Of a DNA stretch of 64,000 bases, positions 12,957-27,363 are shown in pieces. Position numbers and translations under genes: made by a program. Under the pieces are notes generated by a model. The model was given only the letters and a program-made list of their open reading frames with translations, did not search any database and had not been told where the DNA came from. Source of the stretch: the human T2T-CHM13v2.0 reference genome, Homo sapiens; assembly GCF_009914755.1 (NCBI RefSeq), contig NC_060933.1; one strand, given 5' to 3'. How positions within the stretch are numbered: position 1 is the first letter of the stretch; the number at the start of each line of letters is the position of its first letter.

Positions 12957-13410
12957 CCCAATGGCATGAAGGTTGGATCTCAGCAGATGCCTTGGTGGAC
13001 CAAAGGCATAGAAGATGGGATGTTTCCTATTACATCTGGTGCCCCAGCTCAGAACTGAGACACAATCCCCTGGGATGGAGAGAGTAATAGAAAATCCCTA
13101 ACATCAAGATTAAGTCTCTGCCATATAAATAGAATGGGGGCTCAAAACAGAAATCAGTGTGAATTTTAGAAAAGAAAAAGAAACATATTTTCTGCATGCC
13201 TCAGTTTGGAACTTAAATATGTACCCGTTATAAAAGAAAGTAGGATTTTCCTTATGTACTTGTTTTCTATGTGCACACATCCTTTTAAAAATGACATCAG
13301 GTATGGGTGAGAAGGGTAGCAGGAGAAATGAGAATTGTGGTTGAATCTTTTCCTCCAGAATGAGACAACTGATTCATTCTAAAGAGCTTAGAGATGGATT
13401 TGATCTTTAC

Positions 13411-13585
13411 ACCAGTGGATCTTGACATGTTTGGGTCATGTACTCCTTTAAGGAGCTGATAAAAGAAACCTTCTGTTATGAAAAACATACATGGACACAA
13501 AATTTATACAATTCTATACAAATTCCAAGGGCTTCAGAACTCAAGCCTCTTTGGAAGCCCATCCACAGACCCCAGGATAAGAAAT
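13411..13585. mobile_element. hAT MITE (MER103C/MER117-like)
   Basis: cagtggatcttgacatgtttgggtcatgtactccttt...gaagcccatccacagaccccaggataagaa. Confidence 0.55.
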
Positions 13586-15547
13586 TTGCCTCTGCCTGCT
13601 ACTCTTCCTGTCCCCATTTTCTTCCAGGGATTACAGTGAAAGGAGAGAAAATCCTCAGCCTATTTGGAATACAAAGAAAACTGCCACCCACAGTCTGTCA
13701 CCCTGGCACCCTCACCATCTGCAGCCTTTCAAAGCTCTTGCCTGTTCCCACCTCCTTCCAGAGCTGTGTTGCTGAGGCCTCTTCCACAGGCCAGATGTTT
13801 GCTGAGCTCTGCCCAGAGCACCCTCTTTGGGACTGCCTCATACTGATGCACATTAAAAATAAAAGGGATGGGGCTCTGCATGCTCAGTGCGCTTCTGGCA
13901 GGGGACACTTAAATTTGCTACTTGTCAGGAAATTCACTCTGAACACAAAAGTGTCCTGGGCAAGAGATTCTCAACCAGAAAGGGTGCAGAAGTATGAGGC
14001 TGCAGGTGAGGCAGAAAGCACCCCCTAGCCAGCTGGAAGCCACTACACTGTTCAGCAGACTTGACTGAAGCAGGTGTCCAACCCCAACCAGCCACCTCCA
14101 CCTCCACCAAGTTGATGGGGCCTCCTTTGTGGGGAGAACTGCTTTCGCCTGATGGCATATGAAAGAAACAACAGAGGCTGGCAAACAAGGCTGGTCATGA
14201 AGGGCTCACTCACCCATCACATAGGCATTGGGCACTACTGTGCATCCGGCATTGGGCCAGGCACTCCAGAGTCCCGACACCTCCCTGCCTTTCAGGAGCA
14301 CGTGTTGTACTGCAAGAGCATGGGACCAGGTAATGCCAATGTGTGTACTCAGTGTGGTCAAGGGCTCCTCCTGACCGCCACTGGCCTACTATGAGGGCTT
14401 CAGCAAGTCACTTCACCCTCTGGAGCCTCATTTTACCCACTTGTAACATGAAGGTATTGGACCTGATGATCCAGAAGGTTCTCTTCCAGGTCATGAAACT
14501 TCTCCAATTCCATAGGGACTACATACAAAGCTTTTGCAGGAAATTGTATTGCTATCATTGAGCCACTAGATGACAACTGCACTTTGTTTAGGAGAAATGC
14601 TACCTTGGAAGAGTCACTGATGAGAACAGCCACAAACACAAAAATGGGTTTTTTATGCCAGTGAGGAATTATGTAGTTAAATGGACAAAATCGAACTGCA
14701 AAACAGCGGATAGTATCTGTCACCCGTATGACAAAATATGCTTAATTATCAAAACAACATATCTAACTGTTTCTGTGCTGATTCAGAAGACACTTGGGGA
14801 TCTTGGAGAATCTCATAGTTGTGGTTTGGGAGCAGAAAGTGGAGTTCTCGGCACTGACGTCAGGAGACCTTCTGGTCCCAGCTCTTGCTCTAAGAGTTTG
14901 TTTGACTTTGGTGAATCATGCATCCTTCCTCTACCTTTGTTTCTGCATCTTTAAAACAAGGAGGGGCTCAACCAGACTCCGTGAATTGGCCCTAGTTCTA
15001 GCATTCTACAGTTCTCTGGATCAGATTGCCAAGTGTAATAAAGATTTCCAGCACTAGATATGGATGAGAAATCCCTATCATTTTTGGTCTCTAGAACAAG
15101 AGAAAGAAGGCCTACTGTCACATGCATGTTTAGAACGCAACATGTGACCACCATGATTTGGGACAGCTTGAGGGAGTCTCTGACCTTTGCCAAAGAAGTC
15201 TTTGCCAAATTAAAAATCCCATAAAACTTGAAGTCTGCCTCTGTGCAAAGGAGTGTGGCAACAGATCCCACCTGTCAGGAAGACAAAATTGTCTCGCCCC
15301 ATGACCAGAACCAGTCCCTTAGGCAAACAGCTTGAGTTCTTGCAGAAAATCTTCCAGCTTCTTCCTGGGGCCAGCACCAGTTCTTTCTCTCCTTTGTTAC
15401 TCCATATTGGCTTCATTTCCCCCCACTTCCCTTTCTCTGTGTGCATTGAACTTCACTCTGGTCAGGGAAGGAACCCATGGCTCTCAGGAACAGAAAATAT
15501 CCCTTTTAGAGCTCATAGTCACAAATGAGCTAGCACCTCAATCTAAA

Positions 15548-15715
15548 GAAGTTTCTCAAAGTGTGGTCTGTCCACTCCGTGTATCAGAATCAGTGATGCT
15601 AAAAGTGCAGAGTCCAGGTTCTACCTGAATGTACTGACACAGTATTTCTATGGGAAGCCTGGAATATGCATTGTCACAAGCATTCTGGATGGGAATGAAG
15701 CCTGAGCCCCACTGC
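15548..15715. mobile_element. MER5A-like MITE
   Basis: gtttctcaaagtgtggtc...gtatcagaatca...ctaaaagtgcaga...cctggaatatgcatt. Confidence 0.55.
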
Positions 15716-15865
15716 CTCACAACAGGGCCCCTTGTCCAGGTCTAGGATATTTGAATTACAGGCAATTTAGTGGAATTTTAGTATTGAAACCAGAATAAGA
15801 GGTAACAACATATGATTTGAGAAGCCATACATGACATTTGTTGAGATAGACAAAAAAAAAATCTA

Positions 15866-16184
<319 letters not shown>

Positions 16185-16501
16185 CTAAGACAGAGATTGG
16201 CAGTAGCTCATATGGGGCTTCTCTAATGGCAGTGCTACTGTAAAATCCAGGCCTGCTGATCTTCTTTAAAGGTGAAGAAATTTACATTTCCCTTCCCAAC
16301 TTCATCAGAATCAGGGGGCAGCAACTCACCCTAATTAGTCATCTCACAATAAACTGGTAAATAAACTACAATGTTATTCTGTTAGTTACAAGGACAGACA
16401 AAATTGCTAAGCAAACAGGAGTATTCATGTCAGCATGCCAAGGAATTGCCCCTGCCCCACCCCCCACACCTTTCCCCTTTTTTTTTTTTTTTTTTTTTTA
16501 G

Positions 16502-16622
16502 AAAAGTCTACATAGGCAAATTACCACTAACAGATGGTTTGATGAGCATGGGCATGGGAATTAGATGATGTTAAAGTCATGAGATGTGGCAACCAGCAAC
16601 ACTCTCCATCAAAGGAAAGAAG
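16502..16622 (+). other. Candidate non-coding internal exon
   Basis: Long C/T tract ending TAG at 16499-16501 and donor AAG|GTGAGA at 16622/16623; all three frames contain stops. Motif evidence only. Confidence 0.3.
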
Positions 16623-16746
16623 GTGAGAACAGACCTGCAATTTACCTAAGCACTTCCTATTGACAAGGCATCATCCCTACTCTTAATCTTGTAGGAATAT
16701 GCTTGACAAAGGAACAAGAATCTTCTTGCTAGCTGGTTTGAGCTAG

Positions 16747-17140
<394 letters not shown>

Positions 17141-18000
17141 TAACACAAGTGAACAGAATTCTCGAGATGCAGCCTAGTCCTATTAACTAATAAAATTTCT
17201 TAATTCTTAATTCTCTTCATCTCCACAAATGGGATTCTTAATTCTCCACAAATGGGACTGTAATCCATTACCTATAATTCCATTTGCATTTTCACCTAAC
17301 CTCCACACTTGCTAAACACTTATTTTAGCAAAATGAGGCACAACAAATAAAATATTTGCTTTTCTACCAAATTATGTTTAAATAATGCACACATTTAATT
17401 CTTAACATCTCTTCCAAAAGTACAGCTGAAGCAGCCTTAGATGGAATGGAAGTGACTAGTACTTCATTTATGTGCAATGCACCTCCAACCCATATGTATC
17501 TAACTAGGTTTCAGGCTCAGCTTCCAATCTAGGTCATGAAGGTATGCACAGCCTCCCTAACTTTCCCCATCATCCCATGGGTCCACTTTGTTACCATTAG
17601 TCACCTGTCATGCGGGTTCTATTGATGTGATCTGTCCTCCTCAGCTTTATAGGTTACATTTTTTCCTATAATCGACTTAAATTTAGGGGAAAGGAAAAGT
17701 CAGAGGAAGCAGGTATATTGAAAGCTTGCTTATCTTTACAGCAGCTGCTGAAACAGCTGAAATAGAAAACACTAGCTTCTTTCTCAAGAGCTTTTATTTA
17801 AAATAATAATAATAATATCACTGTACATATAAAATAGTGAAAGCATTAGAAATATGATACTCTTAAGACCTGATCTACATTTTCCTAGTTCAATGAAAAG
17901 AGAATGGGATTATCATATGGAAGAGAGCCAAAGGCACAGATAATACAAAATAACAAATTTAAGTTACCAAACATAGACACTTTCACTTGTAATACATTTT

Positions 18001-18764
18001 GGGGTTTTTTGGTTGTTGTAGTTGCTTTTTTATGAAAAGAGTTAACAATTTTATTTTCACATTTCACAATACAAATAAAAACTACTTTTTTTTGGTCCCA
18101 CTTCTCCCCTCCAAAACTATTCTCTCTTTGATAAGAAAAGAGAGAAAGTCTTCCTTATCGCGCTGTTAAGAAAACACCCAGAGTCACAGCACCATGGTCT
18201 CCTAGTGAAGTAGAACAAGTAATATAAACCTGATACACAAGGCCTCTGCACTATCCTTAACCATCTGGTCAAGTCATTCTAGGCCAAGCAGGCACCATCA
18301 TGGGACAGGCGGGAGGCCTTATCATTGACATGTGACCTCCCATGAGTGGCTTCATTCCAGGAGCAAGTCCCACTGGCATCATCCCACGGAAAGGAGGGCC
18401 CATCATTGGCATCATGGGAGGGCTCGCATATGGGGTGCTGGCATTATACTTGGGCAAAGAGGACCTGGAAGGCTGGGGGGAGGGGGTATCATTGCCCCTG
18501 CAGAGGAGGAGCAGAGAATAGAGTAGGAGGTATCTTTCCTGGATGAAATGCAGCCATTGTTTAGTCAATCAGGGTCTGACTGTTCTTCTCTCCATTTTTG
18601 GTAGTAGTCTTTCACATTCTCTTTGTGTTTCCTACCACTGAAGTGGGCCTTTCTCACAGATGGCAAGTCATGGGAGAGCTACATATTGTAGTAGACACAA
18701 TAAGACTTGGGCATGTTGCTCTGAAGGAGGTTGGCCACTCCATTCCACAACGCCTGGAGATGAC
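18001..18764 (-). pseudogene. SNRPC: Processed pseudogene of SNRPC (U1 snRNP C protein); CDS remnant 18714->18257
   Basis: Minus strand reads [40 protein letters not shown] (SNRPC: [41 protein letters not shown]) and later [20 protein letters not shown]. Intronless; AATAAA at 18055-18050; decayed poly(A) 18001-18031; perfect 15-bp TSD cttgtaatacatttt at 17986-18000 and 18765-18779. Confidence 0.96.
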
Positions 18765-18999
18765 CTTGTAATACATTTTTCAAACTTACAGTATAACATG
18801 GAAATAGTGGTAAAATGTTTTGGAAAAAAAAACCACAACATTTTATTCCAGGAATTCTCTGACCATACTATCCTGTCTTTCTAGAACTTTTCATCCCTAC
18901 TCTGATTATACCTGTTCTTTGATCTTCATAAGATCTTCAGCAAATTGTATACTTCATTTTACCCTAGTCTTCTGTTTTGTATCATCCTTTCCTGTTTCA

Positions 19000-20180
19000 T
19001 TTTCTTCCCTTTCCTGCCCAGGTCCCATTCTTATCACTTCAACTACTTTCTACCGAGAAAACCCAGCTTCCTTATCTCTTTTACCCCCTTCTATTAAACC
19101 TGTCTTATAAATCTCCAACCCTGGATTAACCCAAACATATCCATCTTCTTCCATGCTACCCACTGGTAGCCAAGTGTCAGAGAAATACACACAGCTAGGT
19201 GGACTGGTGCTACTACTATACATTTAGGATTTCCAGTCTCATCTGGGTCCTCAGTGCTTCTAGCCATCTGTATCTGTGTCTCTGGTCAGTTACCCTTTTC
19301 CCCTCTTCTCCATGATAGGTCCAAACTTTTGCCATTCTTCTCATGCTCCCTAGCCTATCCTAAGTACCCCTACTTTCTTTAACTGATAAAACTGAGATGA
19401 CCAGGGATGAGCTTCCTCAGTTCCCACTCCCCACTCACAAGCTTATCTGCATCTCTGTTTTCCTTCCCGGGTGTCTTGGAGGACGAATGTGTCAAGGCCA
19501 GTGTCACCACTGTTCTTGTGTCACCGCTCTTGAATTTACTCTTCGCCATATCCATCCAGGAATTTGTTCCATCAATGATTCATTTGCTCTCCTGTTTCTT
19601 CAACTTTCCCCTCCTTCTGGTTTCTTCTCATCATATTCAAGTCTCTTTAAATCTAAAAAATTACAGGTAAAACTCTCACCATTCTACATTCCTCTTTTAG
19701 CTATCACTCCAATTTGTCTTCTTTTTATCTGGGCTTCTGGAGAGGTCCTCCATCAGATATGACTTTCCTTCTGCCTCTTCAAATTCACAGAAACTGCTTG
19801 TCCTAAGGTCATCAATGACTTCCTCATTGTTTAACCCAGGGAATAGTTTGTTCTTTCTTAGTTGACTCCTCTGAGATACTTGGCATCATTGCTCTCCTTT
19901 TTGAAACCCTCTTCTTTAACTCCCAGTGGTGCATAGGCTGTAGGTTTACTGATAGCTCCCAAATCCTATCTCTAGCCCAACCCACTCCTTCAGACCCTCA
20001 TATTGAACTGCACACCAAATTGCCCACCTGGATCCAAATGCAACATATCCATAATGGGACCCATTTATATATCCCCAAGTTTCTTCCATTCGTGGGCCTC
20101 AGTTACCAAATCAGAAGCCTGGGAGTCATCTTTAACTTCTCCCCTCACCTCCACCCTTATAGCGAATGGTTGCCAAGTAT
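19000..20180 (+). mobile_element. L2 (long degenerate fragment)
   Basis: tctccaaccctggattaaccca...; gaaactgcttgtcctaaggtcatcaatgacttcc; ctcccaaatcctatctctagccca; gaagcctgggagtcatcttt. Confidence 0.7.
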
Positions 20181-21008
20181 TTTCTACTCTACTTAATAAG
20201 AAGGCCTCACATCTAACTTAGACATTCAAAGAATCAACTGACTATTCTGCTTCCCATCTCACCCCAGCAAAATCTCCTGTGGAGATTGGAATTCTGTGGT
20301 TTTCTCATTCTGCTCTTCATATGTAACATCCATTCACTGAATGAAAACACCTGACTTGGGAGGAGTGACCCCAGCTGCAGTGAAGGGTGCCAAGTATCAA
20401 GCTGATTTCTTTTCTAAGTATTTGTGTTGAGAAAACAGGGTTTTGCAAGCCATAATCATCTTGAATTATGCATTGTTGAGCTGCTTTAAGCATAAAAGCA
20501 AAAGAAATAAATGTGTAATAATATTCAGGGTAAAGTTGGGCCATGAAAATCATCACAGTGAAGTCATTTGTGGGGCCTTGCCAGGTTCTTCTCATAAGGA
20601 TGAATCTCACTAGTTCCCTTTGAAATGCAGGGGCTTGGAGTTCTGAACCACAATCCTATCTTTGTGCTCCAAGTTAAAACACATGAAAATAAACCAGAGG
20701 ACAGGAGTGTGCCTGCCACCTCCTCAGCAGCCCTTCTGGCACACACGGGTAGACGATCACGTATAGATGCATCTACATGGGTAGATCCATCACCACAGCC
20801 CTACTTGATGTCATCACAAGGCATGTTCCAAGACCCATCTGGAAGGTGTTTCAGAAGAGAAAAAGCCTAGAAGACTTCAACATTTATAAAACAGCCCATG
20901 TTAATCAGACTCAATTTTATGTCAGAAAAATTTTTAAAGGAGCAAAAATGAACTAAATACTATCCAAGATTCTTTCCAGCTGAAGAAAAGTCTACAATCC
21001 CTTTAAGT

Positions 21009-21190
21009 CACTGGTTCTTAACTTTGGTGGCAGTGGAGGTGAAGGAGGTGTTGCAGACTCCTTTGAGAAATCAATGGAGGATATGGATTCAGTTTTCAAA
21101 AAATGCTTACACATACCCCACCCACACCCCCCAACCACAAACTTTTATGTACAATTTCAAGGATTTCATGCATCCCAGTTTAAGACCTCA
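21009..21190. mobile_element. hAT MITE (MER103C/MER117-like)
   Basis: cactggttcttaactt...cagactcctttgagaa...tacaatttcaaggatttcatg; same family as the element at 13411. Confidence 0.5.
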
Positions 21191-22691
21191 TGTCTCCATT
21201 TCGGCACTGACTACACATGAACTTGAATGTGACTGAAACATTTTTTGTAATCACAAAAATATAAGATTTCCACTTAGCGCCCCTGAAAATCACCTAGGTT
21301 TCTAACCTGTTCCTCTTCCATTTCCTAAGGGTTCTTACTATGGACTTCCCTGGGTGGTGGTGGCAGGGGGGCTATTTCTCAGCTCAGCAGAGAATGCTGT
21401 TTCATAGTTAAGCCAGTGTTTCTCAAACAAAAGCCTTTGGAAGAACTTGGACTCATTCCATCTCCAGGCCCATGGCTTCTGGACTGGCTGTGCTAGGAAG
21501 GGTAGGCCAAATTTTAGCTGTCCCCAGTAGACTTTCCTCTCCACTGGGCTGAGAGTATTATCAAAGAGACCCCAGATTTAGAAGCCAGGCTGGAAGTGGG
21601 TAGAATGGTTCAAGCTGCTCCTTTTCTGAAGAGACGTAACTTGGTCTGGCTTGTCTACAGGTTTGAGTCAGGGATGATGGGTGCCTGAGAGGAGGGGAGA
21701 GTGGAAGCCATTAAGACAAGGAAACTTTTAAGGGCTTTGGTGGTGCTGGCAGTTGGCATGAGTGGGACACGTGGAACTGGAGCTTGTATTAAGAAGTTAA
21801 AGCTGGAGTAAAATGTTTCCCACACTTAAATGTTCTCAGTGCTCAGATCAGTCCACCTGTCTGAAGCCGCCGGAGAGTGTCTGGGGCAGCATTATTCTTG
21901 CTGCTTTATTACTATCATTGCCATGTGGCCTCTAATCTCTGTTATTAAGAACAACTTTGTTTTACCCAGATTCTTCACTTTCTAGAAACTCTCACTTCAT
22001 GATTACTTAATGGTCATTTACTTACCACTTTCATTTTCCTACAATTTGAGGGCTTTTTCAAGAATTTCAAAAAAGGGTCAAAATTTCTGATTCCCTTCTA
22101 ACTGGAAGTCTTGAGAAAATATCTTGCATGCCATAACAATTAAATAAACATGTTTCAATTTCTCCAGTTGATGAAAAAGTCCAATTTTGTTTCATATTAC
22201 TTCTGCAGAATTACAGAAAATGAAATGTTGGCAGAATTCCATGGGAAAAAATAAGGATTTTAGCAGTTTTGCCTAATTCAATTACATCATTACTTCCCAA
22301 ACTCACCAGTTGTTATACCATATTGCAAAATGTCACCAGTACTTTCCCAGTTTCATATATTATGGAGAAAAGAGAATTTTATTATGTGCCTGTACAGAAA
22401 GTGGAAGAGGAGTTTGTACAAGAGAAGTGTCACATGACAGTGACTGCGTGCACTTGCCTCCTACAAATTCTGATAGGTGCAGAGAAAAGATTTTAACGAA
22501 GTTTATTAGTTCATAATTTTTTTAAAGAACAAAATTTGCAATTTTACTTTGCCTTAATGAGTTAACACAATGTGTTCAATGTATTATGTAGAATAATACT
22601 CATGAAATAGATGCTTTCTGTGGACTCAAAAATAGAGGCTTTACATTCACAGTTCTGTCTACCTGGAACTCCCCACCATGCACATACACAC

Positions 22692-22709
22692 TTTCTCTCT
22701 CTCTGTCTC

Positions 22710-22757
<48 letters not shown>
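22692..22757. repeat. Compound (CT)n(CA)n microsatellite
   Basis: Imperfect CT run followed by about 19 CA units. Confidence 0.95.
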
Positions 22758-22760
<3 letters not shown>

Positions 22761-24626
22761 CTTCACAAATTCATTCCAGGGCATCCTTCATTCTTCACCT
22801 GATTGGAAAAGTGATTCTATGTCCAACGTGAGTAGAGAAGGGGCTCCAACCCAAGGACGTGGTATCTGTTTGAGAAGAAGGGAGGAAAGGTGGGAAATTA
22901 GCAAGCATAAGGTTTCAGTGGAAATTATGTCACTCTCTTCCTGCCCCAGTCCCCATGGCACTGTAAATGTGAAAGCAGCCCCAGCCCAAGCCTAAAGGAA
23001 GAATAATCTATTATTTATGAATGTAAGCAGTGAAGCCATGGAGCACTTAAAGCACAGATACTGGAAGCAAAATGCCTGGATTTGACTCCCAGCTCTAAAG
23101 GTTACTAACTGTGCCACCACAGATAAATTGTTTAACCCCTTTTTTGCTTCAGTTTCCTAATTGGTAAAGGGAAATAATAATAATAACAATAAGAAGAAGA
23201 TAAAGGAGGAGGAGCAGGAGAAGGAAGATGAGCAGCAAGATGTCGGACTAGAAGGCTCCACCTATCATCACCCATCCAAGGACACCAAGTTAATAACTAT
23301 CTATACAGAAAAAACACCTTCATAAGAACCAAAAATCAGGTGAGCCCTCATAGTACCTGGTTTTAACTCCATATCACAGTACAAGATATAAATAGAAACA
23401 ACAAAAAGTTAAAAATCAGGGAAACAAAGTTATGGCATAGAGTTCGTATTTTTTATTTTTTGCTTGAATACGCAAACAGTGTTATGTTGTTATGAGGTTA
23501 AAATAATGGGTTATAAGATAGTATTTGTAAGCTTCATGGTAATCTCAAACCAAAAAACATACAACAGAGACACAAAAAAATAAAAAGCAAGAAACTAAAT
23601 CATATCACCAGAGAAAATCACCTTTCACTAAAGGAAGACAGAAAGGAAAGAAAGAAAGAAGAGAAGACCATAAAATAATCAGAAAACAAGCAACAAAATG
23701 GAAGGAGTAAGTTCTTACTTATCAATAACATCACTGAATGTAAATGGACTAAACTTTCTAATCAAAAGACACAGACTGACTGAATGGATGAAAAAACAAG
23801 ACCCATTGATCTGCTGCCTACAAGAAACACACTTCCCCCATAAAGACACATATAGGCTAAAAATAAAGGGATGGAAAAAGACATTCCATGCCAATGGAAA
23901 CCAGAAAACAGTGGGAGAAATTATACTTATATAAGACAAAATAGATTTCAAAACAAAAACCGTAAGAAGCTACAAAGAAGATCACTAATGATAAAGGGGT
24001 CAATTCAGCAAGAGGATATAACAATTTTAAATATATAAGTACCCAACACTGGATCACCCAGATACACAAAGCAAATGTTATTAGAGCTAAAAAGAGAGAT
24101 AGGCCCCAATACAACAATAGCTGGAGACTTTGAGACACTTGACTTTCAGCACTGGACAGATCTTCCAGACAGAAAATCAACAAAGAAACATTAGACTTAA
24201 TCTGCACTACAGACTGAATGGATCTAATAGATATTTACAGAACATTTCATCCAATGGCTTCAGATTACACATTCTTTTTCTTAGCACATGCATCATTCTC
24301 AAGGATAGGCCATATGTTAGGTCACAAAACAAGTCTTAAAACATTCAAAAAATTTTAAATAATGTCAAGCATTTTCTCTGACCACAGTGGAATAAAACTA
24401 GAGATTAATAACAAGAGAAATTTTGAAAACTATGCAAACACATGGAAATTAAACAATATGCTCCTGAATGACCAGTGGGTCAATGAAGAAATTAAGAAGG
24501 AAATCGAAAATTTTCTTGAAACAAATGATAATGGAAACACAACATACCAAAACCTATGAGATACAGCAAAACCAGGACTAAGAGGGAAGTTTATAGCTAT
24601 AAGTGCCTACATCAAAAAAGAGAAAA

Positions 24627-24892
24627 CGGTGGCTCACACCTGTAATCCCAGCACTTTGGGAGGCCGAGGCAGGTGAATCACAACATCAGGAGATCAAGAC
24701 CACGGTGAAACCCCATCTCTACTAAAAATACAAAAAATTAGCTGGGTGCAGTGGCAGGCACCTGTAGTCCCAGCTACTCAGGAGGCTGAAGCAGAAGAAT
24801 GGCATGAACCTGGAAGGTGGAGCTTGCAGTGAGCTGAGATTGTGCCACTGCACTCCAGCCTGGGCGACAGAGAGAGACTCCGTCTCAGAAAA
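24627..24892 (+). mobile_element. AluY with the 12-bp left-arm deletion (Yc3/Yd-type)
   Basis: agaccacggtgaaacccc deletion junction; Y-type ggcatgaacctggaaggtggagcttgcag; TSD aaaaaagagaaaa at 24614-24626 and 24893-24905. Confidence 0.88.
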
Positions 24893-27363
24893 AAAAAAGA
24901 GAAAAAAACCTTCAAATAAACAACCTGATGATGCATCTTAAGGAATGAGAAAAGCAAGAACAACCCAAACACAAAATTAGTAGAAGAAAAGAAATAATAA
25001 AGATCAGAGTGGAAATTAATGAAATCGAAGTGAAAAAATACAAAAGATCAATGAAACAAAAAGTTGGATTTTGAAAAGTTAAACAAAATTGACAAACCTT
25101 GAGCCAGACTAACTAAGAAAAAAGAGAGAAGATACAAATAAATAAAATCAGAAATGAAAAAGGAGACATTACAACTAATACAGCAGAAATTCAAAGGTTC
25201 ATTAGAAGTTACTATGAGCAACTATATGCCAGTAAATTAGAAAATCTAGAACAAATGGACACATTTCTGGACACATACAATCTACCAAGATTGAACCAGG
25301 AAGAAATCCAAAACCTGGACAAACCAGTAACAAGTAGTGAGATCAAAGCCATAACAAAAACTCTCCCAGTAAAGAAAAGCCCAGGACCCGATGACTTCAA
25401 TGATGAATTCTACAAAACATTTAAAGAAGAAATAATATCAATCCAACTCAAACTATTTCAAAAAAATAGAGGAGCAGGGAATACTTCCAAACTCATTCTA
25501 TGAGGCTAGCATTACCCCAATACCAAAACCAGATAAAGACACATCAACAAAAGGAAACTGCAGGCCAGAATCTCTGACAAATATTAATGCAATTTTTTGC
25601 AACAAAATAATAGCAAACCAAATTCAACAATACATTAGAAAGATCTTTCATCATGACCAAGTGGGATTTATCCCTGGGATGCAAGAATGGCTTAACATAT
25701 CAAATGCTTTGCGAAGAAAGTTCAACATATCAAATCAATCAATGTGATATATCAACAGAATGAAGGATAAAAACCATATGATTATTTCAATTGATACTGA
25801 AAAAGGATTTGATAAAATTCAACATTCCTTCATGATAAAAACCCTCAAAAAAACTGAGTATAGCAGGAGTATAAGTTAACATAATAAAAGCCATATACAA
25901 CAGACCCACAGCTAGTATCATACTGAATGGGGAAAAAACTGAAATCCCCTCCTCTAAGATCTGGAACATGACAAGGATGCCCACTGATATCACTGTTATC
26001 CAACACAGTACTGGAAGTTCTAGCTAGAGCAATCAGACAAGAGAAAGATATAAAGGGCATCCAAATTAGAAAAGAAGTGAAATCATCGTTGTTTGCAGAT
26101 GATATGATCCTATATTTGAAAAAATCTAAAGATTACACAAGAAACCTATTAAAAATGATGAACAAATTTAGTTGCAGGATATAAAATCAACATAACCAAA
26201 ATCAGTAGCATTTCTATATGCCAACAGTGAACAATCTGAAAAAGAAATAAAAAAGTTACCCCACTTACAATAGCCACACATAAAATTAAATACCTAGGAA
26301 TTAACTAAAGAAGTGCAAGATCTCGATAGCCATTCCAAGATGGCCGAATAGGAACAGCTAAGGTCTGCAGCTCCCAGCGTGGTCAAAACAGAAGAAGGTG
26401 CTTTCTGCATTTCCAACTGAGGTACCTGGTTCATCTCATTGGGGCTGGTTGGACAGTGAGTGCAGCCCACAGAGGGTGAGCCAAAGCAGGGCAGGGTATC
26501 GCCTCACCTGGGAAGTGCAAAAGGTCGGGGGATTTCCCTTTCCTAGCCAAGGGAAGCCGTGACAGACTGTACCTAGAAAATTGGGACACTGCCACCCAAA
26601 TACTGCACTTTTCCAATGGTCTTAGCAAACGGCACACCAGGAGATTATATCCTGTGCCTGGCTCGGCGGGTCCCATGCCCATAGAGCCTTGCTCACTGCT
26701 AGTGCAGCAGTCCAAGATCAAACTGCAAGGTGGCAGTCTGGCTGTGGGAGGGGCATCTGCAATTGCTGAGGCTTGAGTAGGTAAACAAAGCAGCTGGGAA
26801 GCTCAAACTGGGTAGAGTCCACCTCAGCTCAATGAGGCCTGCCTGCCTCTATAGACTCTACCTTTGCGGGCAGGGCATAGCTGAACAAAAGGCAGCAGAA
26901 ACTTCTGCAGACTTAAATGTCCCTGTCTGACAGCTCTGAAGAAAGCAGTGGTTCTCCCAGCATGGTGTTTGAGCTCTGAGAAAAGACAGACTGCCTCCTC
27001 AAGTGGGTCCCTGACCCCCATGTAGCCTAACTGGGAGACAACTCCCAGTAGGGGCCAACTGACACCTCATACAGCCGGGTGCCCCTCTGAGACGAAGCTT
27101 CCAGAGGAAGGATCAGAGAGCAATATTGGCTGTTCTGCAATATTTGCTGTTCTGCATCCTCTGCTGGTGATACCAAGGCAAACAGGGTCTGGAGTGGACC
27201 TCCAGCAAACTCCAACAGACCTGCAGCTGAGGAACCTGACTGTTAGAAGGAAAACTAACACACAGAAAGGAATAGCATCAACATCAACAAAAAAGACATC
27301 CACACCAGAACCCCATCTGTAGGTCACCATCATCAAAGACCAAAGGTAGATAAAACCACAAAG

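Noticed and set aside
13438-14028. 196-aa ORF
   Set aside because: Starts within a hAT MITE, has no recognisable domain and no supporting exon structure.
18269-18568. 99-aa Met/Pro-rich ORF as a functional gene
   Set aside because: Frameshifted remnant of the SNRPC pseudogene with no zinc finger.
26431-26775. ORF0 in the older L1
   Set aside because: The position equivalent to the ORF0 ATG reads TTG on the minus strand (gcaattg on plus), so it is not intact.
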